DNA of 64,000 nucleotides from Macrostomum lignano. Lineage: Eukaryota. Location of the stretch: positions 124,001-188,000 of the forward strand of contig NIVC01002033.1 in the NCBI GenBank assembly GCA_002269645.1, given 5' to 3'. Position numbers and translations under genes: made by a program. This document shows positions 1-11,200 of this stretch, piece after piece (position 1 is the stretch's first letter; each line of letters begins with the position of its first letter). The notes under the pieces are model-generated. The model was not told the origin of the DNA. It saw only the letters and a program-made list of their open reading frames with translations, and ran no database searches.

Positions 1-4
1 TTAG

Positions 5-950
5 CCGAAGTCCGCGGCGGCCTCGGCGGTCGGCGACGCGGTGACGGCGGCGAAGATGCCGATTTCGACGGCGACGATAGCGACGGCCCGGGAGGTCCGC
101 TGATCAATCAGCCGGGAGTTCAGCTGCCGTACAGCGGCAGAGGCGGCGTGTCGCTGACGCTGGCCTGCGAGGCCGACTGGGAGAGGCGAATGCGCGACCT
201 GCTGGAGGCTGGCAGCGGCGGCAATCGCACCCGACAGGTCCGGAGCCGCTGCGCTCCAACAGTCGGCTTGTTGGCAACGCTGACGTGCCCGACGGTCAGG
301 ACGCCATCAGCCGGTGCCTCTACGGCGGCGGCGGCGCTGGCGGCATTCGCGGCCTGTCTGCTGCTAGTAGCAGAAGCAACAATAGGCAGTGGCGGCGCGG
401 TCAGTCCAGTCTGCACTATGACATCGGCTCGGTGCCGCTGCTGACCGCGGCTACGCCTAGAGACGGTCCGCGCCGAGTCGAACCCGGGACCTTGGGGCTG
501 GGCTCCGCTGTAGCCAATGGCGACGCCACGGTTGGGCATGCCGATAATCAGGCCGACGATGAGATCAACTCCAACTCCGACGTTGATGTCGACGGCGACG
601 ACGGAGACGAAGACGACGAAGAGACGGCGGCGGCGCTGCTGCCGCATCCGGGCGCCGATCTTGTCGAGCAGATTGACAATCTGGCCCCGCTGCCCTGCGT
701 AGCCGACAGCGTCTGCTTCACGCCGGCTTCCAGAGCCGTTCGAATTGAAATGCTTCGCCGACAGGCCCTGGCCCGGCTGCCTAAGGAGACATTCGACCGG
801 CTGGCCGAGTTTCTACGCGAAGCTCGTTCGACTGCAGGCTGGAAAGAGGCGGAACTGCAGGATCGTTTGGCTTCGATGCATCCTAGGCTAGCTGATTGTT
901 TCCTAGTTGATCAGCTGGTGTTCTTGGAGGCTTGCCAACGTGAGGAATAA
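5..950 (+). CDS. NEK11: 3' end of NIMA-related kinase NEK11-like gene (inferred exons 5-237 and 300-950; kinase domain lies outside the window)
   Basis: C-terminus LRRQALARLPKETFDRLAEFLREAR...EAELQDRLASMHPRLADCFLVDQLVFLE matches my recollection of the NEK11 C-terminal motif (MRESAMQKLG.EVFEEVYNYLKRAR...EAEIRECLEKVVPQASDCFEVDQLLYFE). A 62-nt intron 238-299 (GT..CAG, CTGAC at 280-284) joins open frame +1 to frame +3 in phase. AATAAA at 996-1001. Confidence 0.75.
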
Positions 951-2214
951 TCAGAAACAAATTGTTACACATGCGCTATTGTGCTACTATAAGTAAATAA
1001 AACAAAAATTTTCCGATTTTTTTAGAAATTGCAAGAAATTGTGAACTTTAAACTTTTTTTTACTACTATTAGTAGGCGTATAAAATTCTTCTACTAATAA
1101 ACAAAATCTACAGTGTTTTTTCTTTATTTTCGTTCTGTATTTGAAAAACAGTTGCGCTTATTTTAGTTTAGTAGATCAAAACATTGTGTAGAATCTCTCT
1201 TTATTGCCCTTTTAAGAGCACTAACATCTTAACTATATCTGTGATTTTTTTCAATAAACTGCCGTCCTTGTGATAAAAAGTGGGGTTATTTTTTATTATT
1301 TCTACTCACCAGTAGGCTATCGAGAATCTCGCTCTTATTTTCTGTTTCTGCAGCAGTCCCGTCTTCCCGGCTAAAATTCGTGTCTCAGAAGTTTCCTGCT
1401 GCGTTAATTAACGAATTAATTTGTTATAAACTGATTTTAGAATCTCGCCTTAAATGAATTCCGTCTTTTTTGTCCGCTTTATTTTTATTACTATTTAAGT
1501 TTCAAAAATACATATATATTGTCTCAACTTTTTAGACTCAAGTGACTCCTGTTTTTTTCATTAATTCTCTTCTGACACCCTACAGGGCTTCTAGCCACAC
1601 TCAGTGAACAGATACAGTGAACAGATTTTCTGCAAGTAGTTGATGATGATGGAGCATCCCGTTAAAAAACGTTGCCATGATCAGAATTGCTAGGACAACT
1701 AGAAAGTTGGACTGCTGTAAGCCTAGGTGCTTTCTCAGTGGTTAGGGCTAGTTGCTAACTAACTGGCTATGTAACAGGTTAATTAAGCTTTTAGAGATTA
1801 AAATTGCTTGTATACCTTGTCTACCATTAGCAATTATCACTTGGCTTAATCCCTAGCACAATAGGGTGCTACTTGGGGCGTCTGTTAGGCAGTTTTGCAA
1901 AAGCAAAGGGTAAAATGCAGATGACAAGTTGAGCTCCAGCACTTAGCAGGCGGCTCTATAAGAGAATAGAGATATTAGCCGAGGCAACACACCAGCTGCT
2001 CAGGGCGTTTGCGATTAAGTTTCTCTATTCAAGCGCACATGCCAAGTTGAATATTTTCCACCCATAGCTATGCCTTAATACCTTGCCTTTCTATTCTTCC
2101 GTCTCTATTCTTTGCATGGCATAGGAGACCGCCGTGGCTTCATCGTGTCATAGCTAGTAAATTTCTTCTTCATTCTCTCCCTGCGAGACTCGCCTAGCCG
2201 CTATTGAGTCGAAG

Positions 2215-5200
2215 ATGCAGCGTTTTAACAATAATAACAGCAGCGGTAACAGCTGTTTAAATAGCAATGGCGGCAAGTTGTCTCAGCAGCGCAGAGCCAA
2301 TCCGGAATTCTTAGGGTCACCGCAATCGTCCGTAGCGACAGATTACAACTTTGACAACGAGGCTGAAGAGGAGGAGGAAGAGGAGGGCGACGAGCCAGCC
2401 GACCGGATGTTGTACATGCAGCAGGATTTGCGCAGCACTCGAGCCGAAGCCGAACTATTGCGCCAACAGTTGCTAGCGGCTAGAAAAGAGCTAGCTACTA
2501 GTCAGAGAGATCGAGTCTACGAGGCTGGCGAAGCTAATAGGCGCGAATGCGATTTGCGCGCCGAATTAGCTAGAGTGCGCGCCGATGCCGAGAGTAGCGC
2601 TGCCGGGGCTAGCGGAGCCGAATGCGAATTGGCGCGTCTGCGAGCGGAATTAGCCGATCGAGAGAGGGAAAGACGGCTGAGGGAGCAGGAGATAAATGAG
2701 ATTAAGGCTGCGCATTCTAGTGAGATTTTTTATTAAACACTAACTTTTAATGCTTTGTTTAGGTTGCTCTGCTTCTTGTTCCAAAGTTGCAGTTGTAGTA
2801 CATATACATGTACATTCGGTTGTGAAGTGTGGGTTGCAGCGCCTCCGGTTGTGAAGTGTGGGTTGCAGCGCTTCCGGTTGTGAAGTGTGGGTTGCAGCGC
2901 TTCCGGTTGTGAAGTGTGGGTTCTTCCGGTTGTGAAGTGTGGGTTGCAGCGCTTCCGGTTGTGAATTTGAAGTGTAGGTTGCAGCTCTTCCAGTTGGGAA
3001 GTATGGGTTGCAGTACTTCCGGTTGTGAAGTGTGGGTTGCAGCGCTTCCGGTTGTGAATTTGAAGTGTAGGTTGCAGCTCTTCCAGTTGGGAAGTATGGG
3101 TTGCAGTACTTCCGGTTGTGAAGTGTGAGTTGCAGTACATCCGGTTGTGAAGTGTGGGTTGCAGTACATCCGGTTGTGAAGTGTGGGTTGCAGCGCTTCC
3201 GGTTGTGAATTTGAAGTGTAGGTTGCAGCTCTTCCAGTTGGGAAGTATGGGTTGCAGTACATCTGGTTGTTAAGTGTGGGTTGCAGTACATCCGGTTGTG
3301 AAGTGTGGGTTGCAGTACATCCGGTTGTGAAGTGTGGGTTGCAGCGCTTCCGGTTGTGAATTTGAAGTGTAGGTTGCAGCTCTTCCAGTTGGGAAGTGTG
3401 GGTTGCAGTACATCCGGTTGTGAAGTGTGGGTTGCAGTACATCCGGTTGTGAAGTGTGGGTTGCAGTACATCCGGTTGTGAAGTGTGGGTTGCAGTACAT
3501 CCGGTTGTGAAGTGTGGGTTGCAGTACATCCGGTTGTAAAGTGTGGGTTGCAGTACATCCGGTTGTGAAGTGTGGGTTGCAGTACATCTGGTTGTGAAGT
3601 GTGGGTTGCAGTACATCCGGTTGGGAAGTGTGGGTTGCAGTACATCCGGTTGGGAAGGTGTGGGTTGCAGTACATCTGGTTGTGAAGTGTGGGTTGCAGT
3701 ACATCCGGTTGGGAAGTGTGGGTTGCAGTACATCCGGTTGTGAAGTGTGGGTTGCAGTACATCCGGTTGGGAAGTGTGGGTTGCAGTACATCCAGTTGTG
3801 AAGTGTGGGTTGCAGTACATCCGGTTGTGAAGTGTGGGTTGCAGTACATCCGGTTGTGAAGTGTGGGTTGCAGTACATCCGGTTGTGAAGTGTGGGTTGC
3901 AGTACATCCGGTTGTGAAGGTGTGGGTTGCAGTACATCTGGTTGTGAAGTGTGGGTTGCAGTACATCCGGTTGTGAAGTGTGGGTTGCAGTACATCCGGT
4001 TGTGAAGTGTGGGTTGCAGTACATCTGGTTGTGAAGTGTGGGTTGCAGTACATCCGGTTGGGAAGGTGTGGGTTGCAGTACATCTGGTTGTGAAGTGTGG
4101 GTTGCAGTACATCCGGTTGTGAAGGTGTGGGTTGCAGTACATCTGGTTGTGAAGTGTGGGTTGCAGTACATCCGGTTGGGAAGTGTGGGTTGCAACGCTC
4201 CCGGTTCTCGTGGTTTGCTTGTATTTATTTCCGTCATGGATTTCTTCCTTTTTCATTAATTTCAATCAAGCGGAAACTCTAATCGATGTGCATATTTTAT
4301 CACTATCCAGAGCAGCTGGACAGTCTGCAAGAGGAGCTGGCCACAGCTAGATCGGCCATACAACAGCGAGCTGCCGAACAGGCAACTAGAGAGAAAGATC
4401 TGGCCGATAAAATTCGACATTTGGTTAGCGACTATTAATACTACAATATTAGTTTACTAAAATAATTAGGGTAATTATAATGTCGAAGTTTTATTTCACT
4501 TTTTAATCCACAATAGGGCGACGTTCTGGATTCTCGAAATGCCGAATTGGATTCTGTTAAACAGGAGATGCAGCAATGCAACAGTGATAAAAGCGATTTA
4601 GAATCGTGAGTGTTTGTTTTAATTTTTGATATATTTATGACATATTCCGTTCGTGATGCCACTTTTAAGTACGCAGCATTAAATCTTCCGCATTCACATA
4701 CTTTTTTGGGAATGTGAGCTTCGTCAATGTAAATCTCAGGCAATGTGAACCCTGTGAAATATGAATCTCAGGCAATGTGAACCCTGTGAAATGCGAATCT
4801 GAGGCAATGTGAACCCTGTGAAATGCGAATCTCAGGCAATTTGAACTCTGTGAAATGTGAATCTCAGGCAATTTAAACTCTGTGAAATGTGAAGCTCAGG
4901 CAATGGGAACCCTGTGAAATGCGAATCTGAGGCAATGTGAACCCTGTGAAATGCGAATCTCATGCAATGTGAACCCTGTGAAATGTGAATCTCAGGCAAT
5001 TTAAACCCTGGAGAATGTGAATCTCAGGCAATTTGAACTCTGTGAAATGTGAATCTCAGGCAATGTGAACCCTGTTAAATGCGAATCTCATGCAATGTGA
5101 ACTCTGTAAAATGTGAATCTCAGGCAATGTGAACCCTGTTAAATGCGAATCTCATGCAATGTGAACCCTGTGAAATGTGAATCTCAGGCAATGTGAACTC

Positions 5201-8200
5201 TGGGGAATGTGAATCTCAGGCAATGTGAACTCTGGGGAATGTGAATCTCAGGCAATGTGAACTCTGAGGAATGTGAATCTCAGGCAATGTGAATCTCATA
5301 CAATGTGAACTCTGGGGAATGTGAATCTCAGGTAATGTGAACTCTGGGGAATGTGAATCTCATGCAATGTGAACTCTGAGGAATGTGAATCTCAGGCAAT
5401 GTGTTGGTGAATGCAAATAAAATCTTCTTCAAACACAGCCGGCACAAAGCAGCGCTGGCCGAGTCAGCCGAGCTCCGTCAGTCGCTGTCATCAGCGGAGC
5501 ACACCGGCACTGAGCAGGCCAACGAGTGCCTTTGCCTCGCCGACCGCTGTCGAGAACTCGCCCTGGCCATCGGCGAGGCCGATCGTCGGATTCAATCGCT
5601 GACGGCTGAACTGGCAGCCGAGCGTGAGGCTCGATCAGCTGACCGGCTGCGAGCTGAAGCCAGCCAGCTGGGCTTGGACGAGTGCCAAGCTAAATTAGAG
5701 TCAGTCATTGCCGAGCGAGCGGATGCCGAGGCTAGGCTAGCCGAATTGGAGTCGCTGCTCAGAGAGGAGCGTCAGGGATCGCGATGCTATAGGGAGCAGT
5801 TTGAACGGCTGGAGACCGAGGCTAGCGGCCAGCGGTCTTGTCTGGAGGAGGAGGTGATGAGGATTAGTTATTAATTATTTTATTGTAGAATACAGATATG
5901 GACTGGGTGATATGTAAGGTGTGGGAGTAGACATGTAGGGACTGGGAGCAAACCGGAGGTAGGGACTGGGAGTAGACAGGTAGGGACTGGGAGCAAACCG
6001 GAGGTAGGGACTGGGCTGGGAGTAGACAGGTATGAACTGGGAGTAGACAGGTAGGGACTAGAAGTAGACAGGTATGAACTGGGAGTAGACAGGTAGGGAC
6101 TGGGAGTAGACAGGTAGGGACTGGGAGTAGACAGGTATGAACTGGGAGTAGACAGGTATGAACTGGGAGTAGACAGGTATAAACTGGGAGTAGACAGGTA
6201 GGGACTGGGAGTAGACAGGTAGGGACTGGGATTAGACAGGTAGGGACTGGCAGTAGACAGGTAGGGACTGGGATTAGACAGGTAGGGACTGGCAGTAGAC
6301 AGGTCGGGACTGGGAGTAGACAGGTATGAACTGGGAGTAGACAGGTAGGGACTGGGAGTAGACAGGTCGGGACTGGGAGTAGACAGGTATGAACTGGGAG
6401 TAGACAGGTAGGGACTGGGAGTAGACAGGTAGGGACTGGGAGCAAACCGGAGGTAGGGACTGGGAGTAGACCGGTAGGGACTGGGAGTAGACAGGTAGGG
6501 ACTGGGAGTAGACAGGTAGGGACTGGGAGTAGACAGGTAGGGACTGGGAGTAGACAGGTAGGGACTCGGAGTAGACAGGTAGGGACTGGGAGTAGACAGG
6601 CAGGGACTGGGAGTAGACAGGTAGGGACTCGGAGTAGACAGGTAGGGACTGGGAGTAGATAGGCAGGGACTGGGAGTAGACAGGTAGGGACTCGGAGTAG
6701 ACAGGTAGGGACTGGGAGTAGATAGGCAGGGACTGGGAGTAGACAGGTAGGGACTCGGAGTAGACAGGTAGGGACTGGGAGTAGATAGGCAGGGACTGGG
6801 AGTAGACAGGTAGGGACTCGGAGTAGATAGGCAGGGACTGGGAGTAGACAGGTAGGGACTCGGAGTAGACAGGTAGGGACTGGGAGTAGATAGGCAGGGA
6901 CTGGGAGTAGACAGGTAGGGACTCGGAGTAGACAGGTAGGGACTGGGAGTAGATAGGCAGGGACTGGGAGTAGACCGGTAGGGACTGGGAGTAGACAGGT
7001 AGGGACTCGGAGTAGACAGGTAGGGACTGGGAGTAGATAGGCAGGGACTGGGAGTAGACCGGTAGGGACTGGGAGTAGACCGGTAGGGACTGGGAGTAGA
7101 TAGGCAGGGACTGGGAGTAGACAGGTAGACTAGGAGTAGACCAGTAGAGATTGAAAGACAGGTTGTATACTAGAGAAACATTAGAATCGCTCATTTATCC
7201 GCAGGTACGCACCAGAGAAAAGCAGCGAGCCAGGCTAGAAAGCAAATTGGCCGAAGCGGAAACGGCCCTCAGCCGATTGCAGACTGAAGCTGAGAGTCAA
7301 AGCGAACGTTTGCAAGATTTAGATAAATCTTTTAAAGCGTTTATTCGTCAGGTGCAGACCGCCTGCGATAAGCATTTGGTAAATTTCTAACTTTCTTGTT
7401 TAGTCTACTTAGAGTATTACCATTAGAGTTTTGTTGTTAAAATTTGCTGTTTACGATTTTTTATTCATACAACAGTTCTTTATACGTTTGTTCGAAATTT
7501 TCTTTTACTATTATCATGGGTGGCTGACTATGTGGGATGGGGTGGCTGTCTATGGGGAAAGGGGTGGCTGTCTATGGGGAAAGGGGTGGCTGTCTATGGG
7601 GAAAGGGGTGGCTGTCTATTGGGGAGGGGTGGCTGTCTATGGAGAAAGGGGTGGCTAACTATAGGTGAGGGGGTGGCTGTCTATGATTGAGGGGGTGGCT
7701 GTCTGTGAGTGAGGGGGTGGCTGACTATAGGTGAGGGGGTGGCTGTCTATTGGGGAGGGGGTGGCTGTCTATGGGGAAAGGGGTGGCTGTCTATGGGGAA
7801 AGGGGTGGCTGTCTATTGGGGAGGGGTGGCTGTCTATGGAGAAAGGGGTGGCTAACTATAGGTGAGGGGGTGGCTGTCTATGAGTGAGGGGGTGGCTGTC
7901 TGTGAGTGAGGGGGTGGCTGACTATAGGTGAGGGGGTGGCTGTCTATGAGTGAGGGGGTGGCTGTCTGTGAGTGAGGGGGTGGCTGACTATAGGTGAGGG
8001 GGTGGCTGTCTGTGATTGAAGGGGTGGCTGTCTATGAGTGAGGTGGTGACTGTCTGTGAGTGAGGGGGTGGCTGACTATAGGTGAGGGGGTGGCTGTCTA
8101 TGAGTGAGGGGGTGGCTGTCTGTGAGTGAGGGGGTGGCTGTCTGTGAGTGAGGGGGTGGCTGACTATAGGTGAGGGGGTGGCTGTCTATGAGTGAGGGGG

Positions 8201-11200
8201 TGGCTGTCTGTGAGTGAGGGGGTGGCTGTCTGTGAGTGAAGGGGTGGCTGTCTGTGAGTGAGGGGGTGGCTGTCTGTGAGTGATGGGGTGGCTGTCTATG
8301 AGTGAGGGGTGGCTGTCTGTGAGTGAGGGGTGGCTGTCTGTGAGTGAAGGGGTGGCTGTCTATGAGTGAGGGGGTGGCTGTCTGTGAGTGAGGGGGTGGC
8401 TGTCTGTGAGTGAGGGGGTGGCTGTCTATGAGTGAGGGGGTGGCTGTCTGTGAGTGAGGGGGTGGCTGTCTATGAGTGAGGAATGGCTGTCTGTGAGTGA
8501 GGGGGTGGCTGTCTATGAGTGAGGGGGTGGCTGCACACATGGGTAGAAGGCTGCACATACTGGAGAAGGTGTCTAATTCATGAGGGTTGCCATCTGAGAA
8601 GGGGGTGGCTGTGCTCGGATGATTTGCAGCCCAGGCGTACCGCTTTCTTCGCCCTTCAGGAAGCCAGCCAAAAGTCCGGGCCAACTCTTCGCGCACCCAA
8701 GATGGTGCTGGACCAGCTGAACAAGCTGTTGAAATCGCAGCGCGATCGTCAGCAACAATTGGAGCAGGATTTGGCTGGACTGCGAGCCGAGGCTGGCAAG
8801 CACAATTCCACTGTGAAACAGTTGAGGGAAACCGCCTGGCAAAAGGATAAGAGTTTACAGGTGTGGCTTCTGTTATTTGTGTGTTTGTTGCATCAACGAT
8901 GTCTATCCTAGAGGTGTCTGTAAAAATATCTAGAGGCGTTATCAAGGATATCTAAAGGTGACGTTAAATGTGTCTACAGTTGACATCAAAGATATCTAGA
9001 AGTGTTTTCAGGGATATCTAGGGGTATCATCAATGATATCTAGAGGCGTCATCAAGGATATCTAGAGGCGTCATCAAGGATATCTAGAGGTTTTATCAAA
9101 GATGTCTAGAGGTGACATCAAAGATGTCTAGAGGTATCATCAATGATAGCTAGAGGCGTCATCAATGATATCTAGAGGCGTCATCAATGATATCTAGAGG
9201 CGTCATCAAGGATATCTAGATGCGTCATCAAGGATATCTAGATGTTTTATCAAAGATGTCTAGAGGTGACCTCAAAGATGTCTAGAGGTGTCATAAGAGA
9301 TGTTTAGAGGTGACATCAAATATGTCTAGAGGTGTCATCAAAGATGTCTAGAGGTGACATCAAAGATGTCTAGAGGTGTCATCAAAGATGTCTCGAGGTG
9401 ACATCAAAGATGTCTAGAGGTGACATCAAAGATGTCTAGGGGTGTCATCAAAGATGTCTAGAGGTGACATCAAAGATGTCTAGAGGTGTCATCAAAGATG
9501 TCTAGAGGTGACATCAAAGATGTCTAGAGGTGACATCAAAGATGTCTAGGGGTGTCATCAAAGATGTCTAGAGGTGACATCAAAGATGTCTAGAGGTGTC
9601 ATCAAAGATGTCTAGAGGGGACATAAAGAATATCTAGGAAGTTTATCAAGTATGTCTAGAGGGTTTATCAACGGTCTAGCGAGTTCAATTGGTAATCTAC
9701 ATCGGTATACCAAAAATTTCAAAAACAGAAATCCCCATTCGGTAATCCCAGGCCGCTCGCGAATCCGACACCGCTAACGCAGCCGAGGCGAAGCGGCTAC
9801 GCGACAAGCTGTCCGAAGTGGAGCGCCGTCAGGCCAGCGTCCGCGGCCTGTACACCGACGCCAAGCGTCAGCTAGAGACCGAGAAGGAGCAGCGACAAGC
9901 TCTGCAACAGGATCTGGATCGGATTGTTCGACTGCGTAGGAAGGAAGAATCTGACAGGCTGACATTTCTCAAAGCGCTCTATTTGCAATTGGGTGGCAAG
10001 CTAGACGAATGCTCGAAGCGATTGACCGCTGGACAGGTGCAGCACTGGCTGACCGAGGCGGTGGCCGCTCTGCTCAAGGAGGCCGAGGGTTGGCGGGGAC
10101 TGCTTGGTAAATAGCGGTGTTGATTGTAATTGGATCGTTTTGTTTTATTTTAACAATAAAAGTACAGAATGATTAAGATAGTAAGGCAGTGGGAAAGGTA
10201 GGGAAATTAATAAGAAAATAGGCCAAGAGATGGGTAGAGGTAGATAAAAGAGAGATGTATGGAGAGAGAGAGATATGGCTAGGTAGGGATCGTGAGATAT
10301 GGAGAGGTAGGGAGAAAGATAGAGAGATGGAGATAGGTGGAGATGGAGTGAGATAGGGAGATGGTAGGTGGAGAGGGAGTGAGATAGAGAGATGGTAGGT
10401 GGAGAGGGCGGGAGATAGGGAGATGGTAGGTGGAGAGGGAGTGAGATAGAGAAATGGTAGGTGCAGAGGGCGTGAGATAGGGAGACGGTAGGTGGAGAGG
10501 GAGTGAGATAGAGAGATGGTAGGTGCAGAGGGCGTGAGATAGGGAGACGGTAGGTGGAGAGGGAGTGAGATAGAGAGATGGTAGGTGGAGAGGGCGGGAG
10601 ATAGGGAGATGGTAGGTGGAGAGGGAGTGAGATAGAGAGATGGTAGGTGGAGAGGGCGGGAGATAGGGAGATGGTAGGTGGAGAGGGAGTGAGATAGAGA
10701 GATGGTAGGTGGAGAGGGCGGGAGATAGGGAGATGGTAGGTGGAGAGGGAGTGAGATAGAGAGATGGTAGGTGGAGAGGGCGGGAGATAGGGAGATGGTA
10801 GGTTAGAGAGGGAGTGAGATAGGGAGATGGTAGGTGGAGAGGGAGTGAGATAGGGATTGTAGGTTAAAGAGGGAGGGAGATAGGGAGATTGTAGGTGGAG
10901 AGGGCGTCAGGTAGGGGGGAGATTAAGAGAGATTTTTACCGACTACTGCTGGTAAAGAGGCAGCAGTTAGTAGTCTCAGAAGGTCCCATCCAGCTGTTGT
11001 CAGCAGATCGCCTCATTAATTATTCAGCCGACTCTCGAACTGAGCTCAGCCGGCGCGATCGAGCTCTAGCCGACGTTGACAATGCTGTCGCCGAGGAGAA
11101 GTCCCGCTGGGCCGCCGCAGCCGAGGAGCTTCGCCGTCAGAAACGGGAGCTGGCCGAGCACTACGAGGCGATGCTGCAGCAACAGCGAGACCAGATGCAG

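Noticed and set aside
2740-4265. Long ORFs of 331-492 aa with Cys/His periodicity (MYCNPHFTTGC...)
   Set aside because: They are translations of a 29-bp intronic minisatellite in several frames, antisense to the CCDC171-like gene; the unit length is not a multiple of 3.
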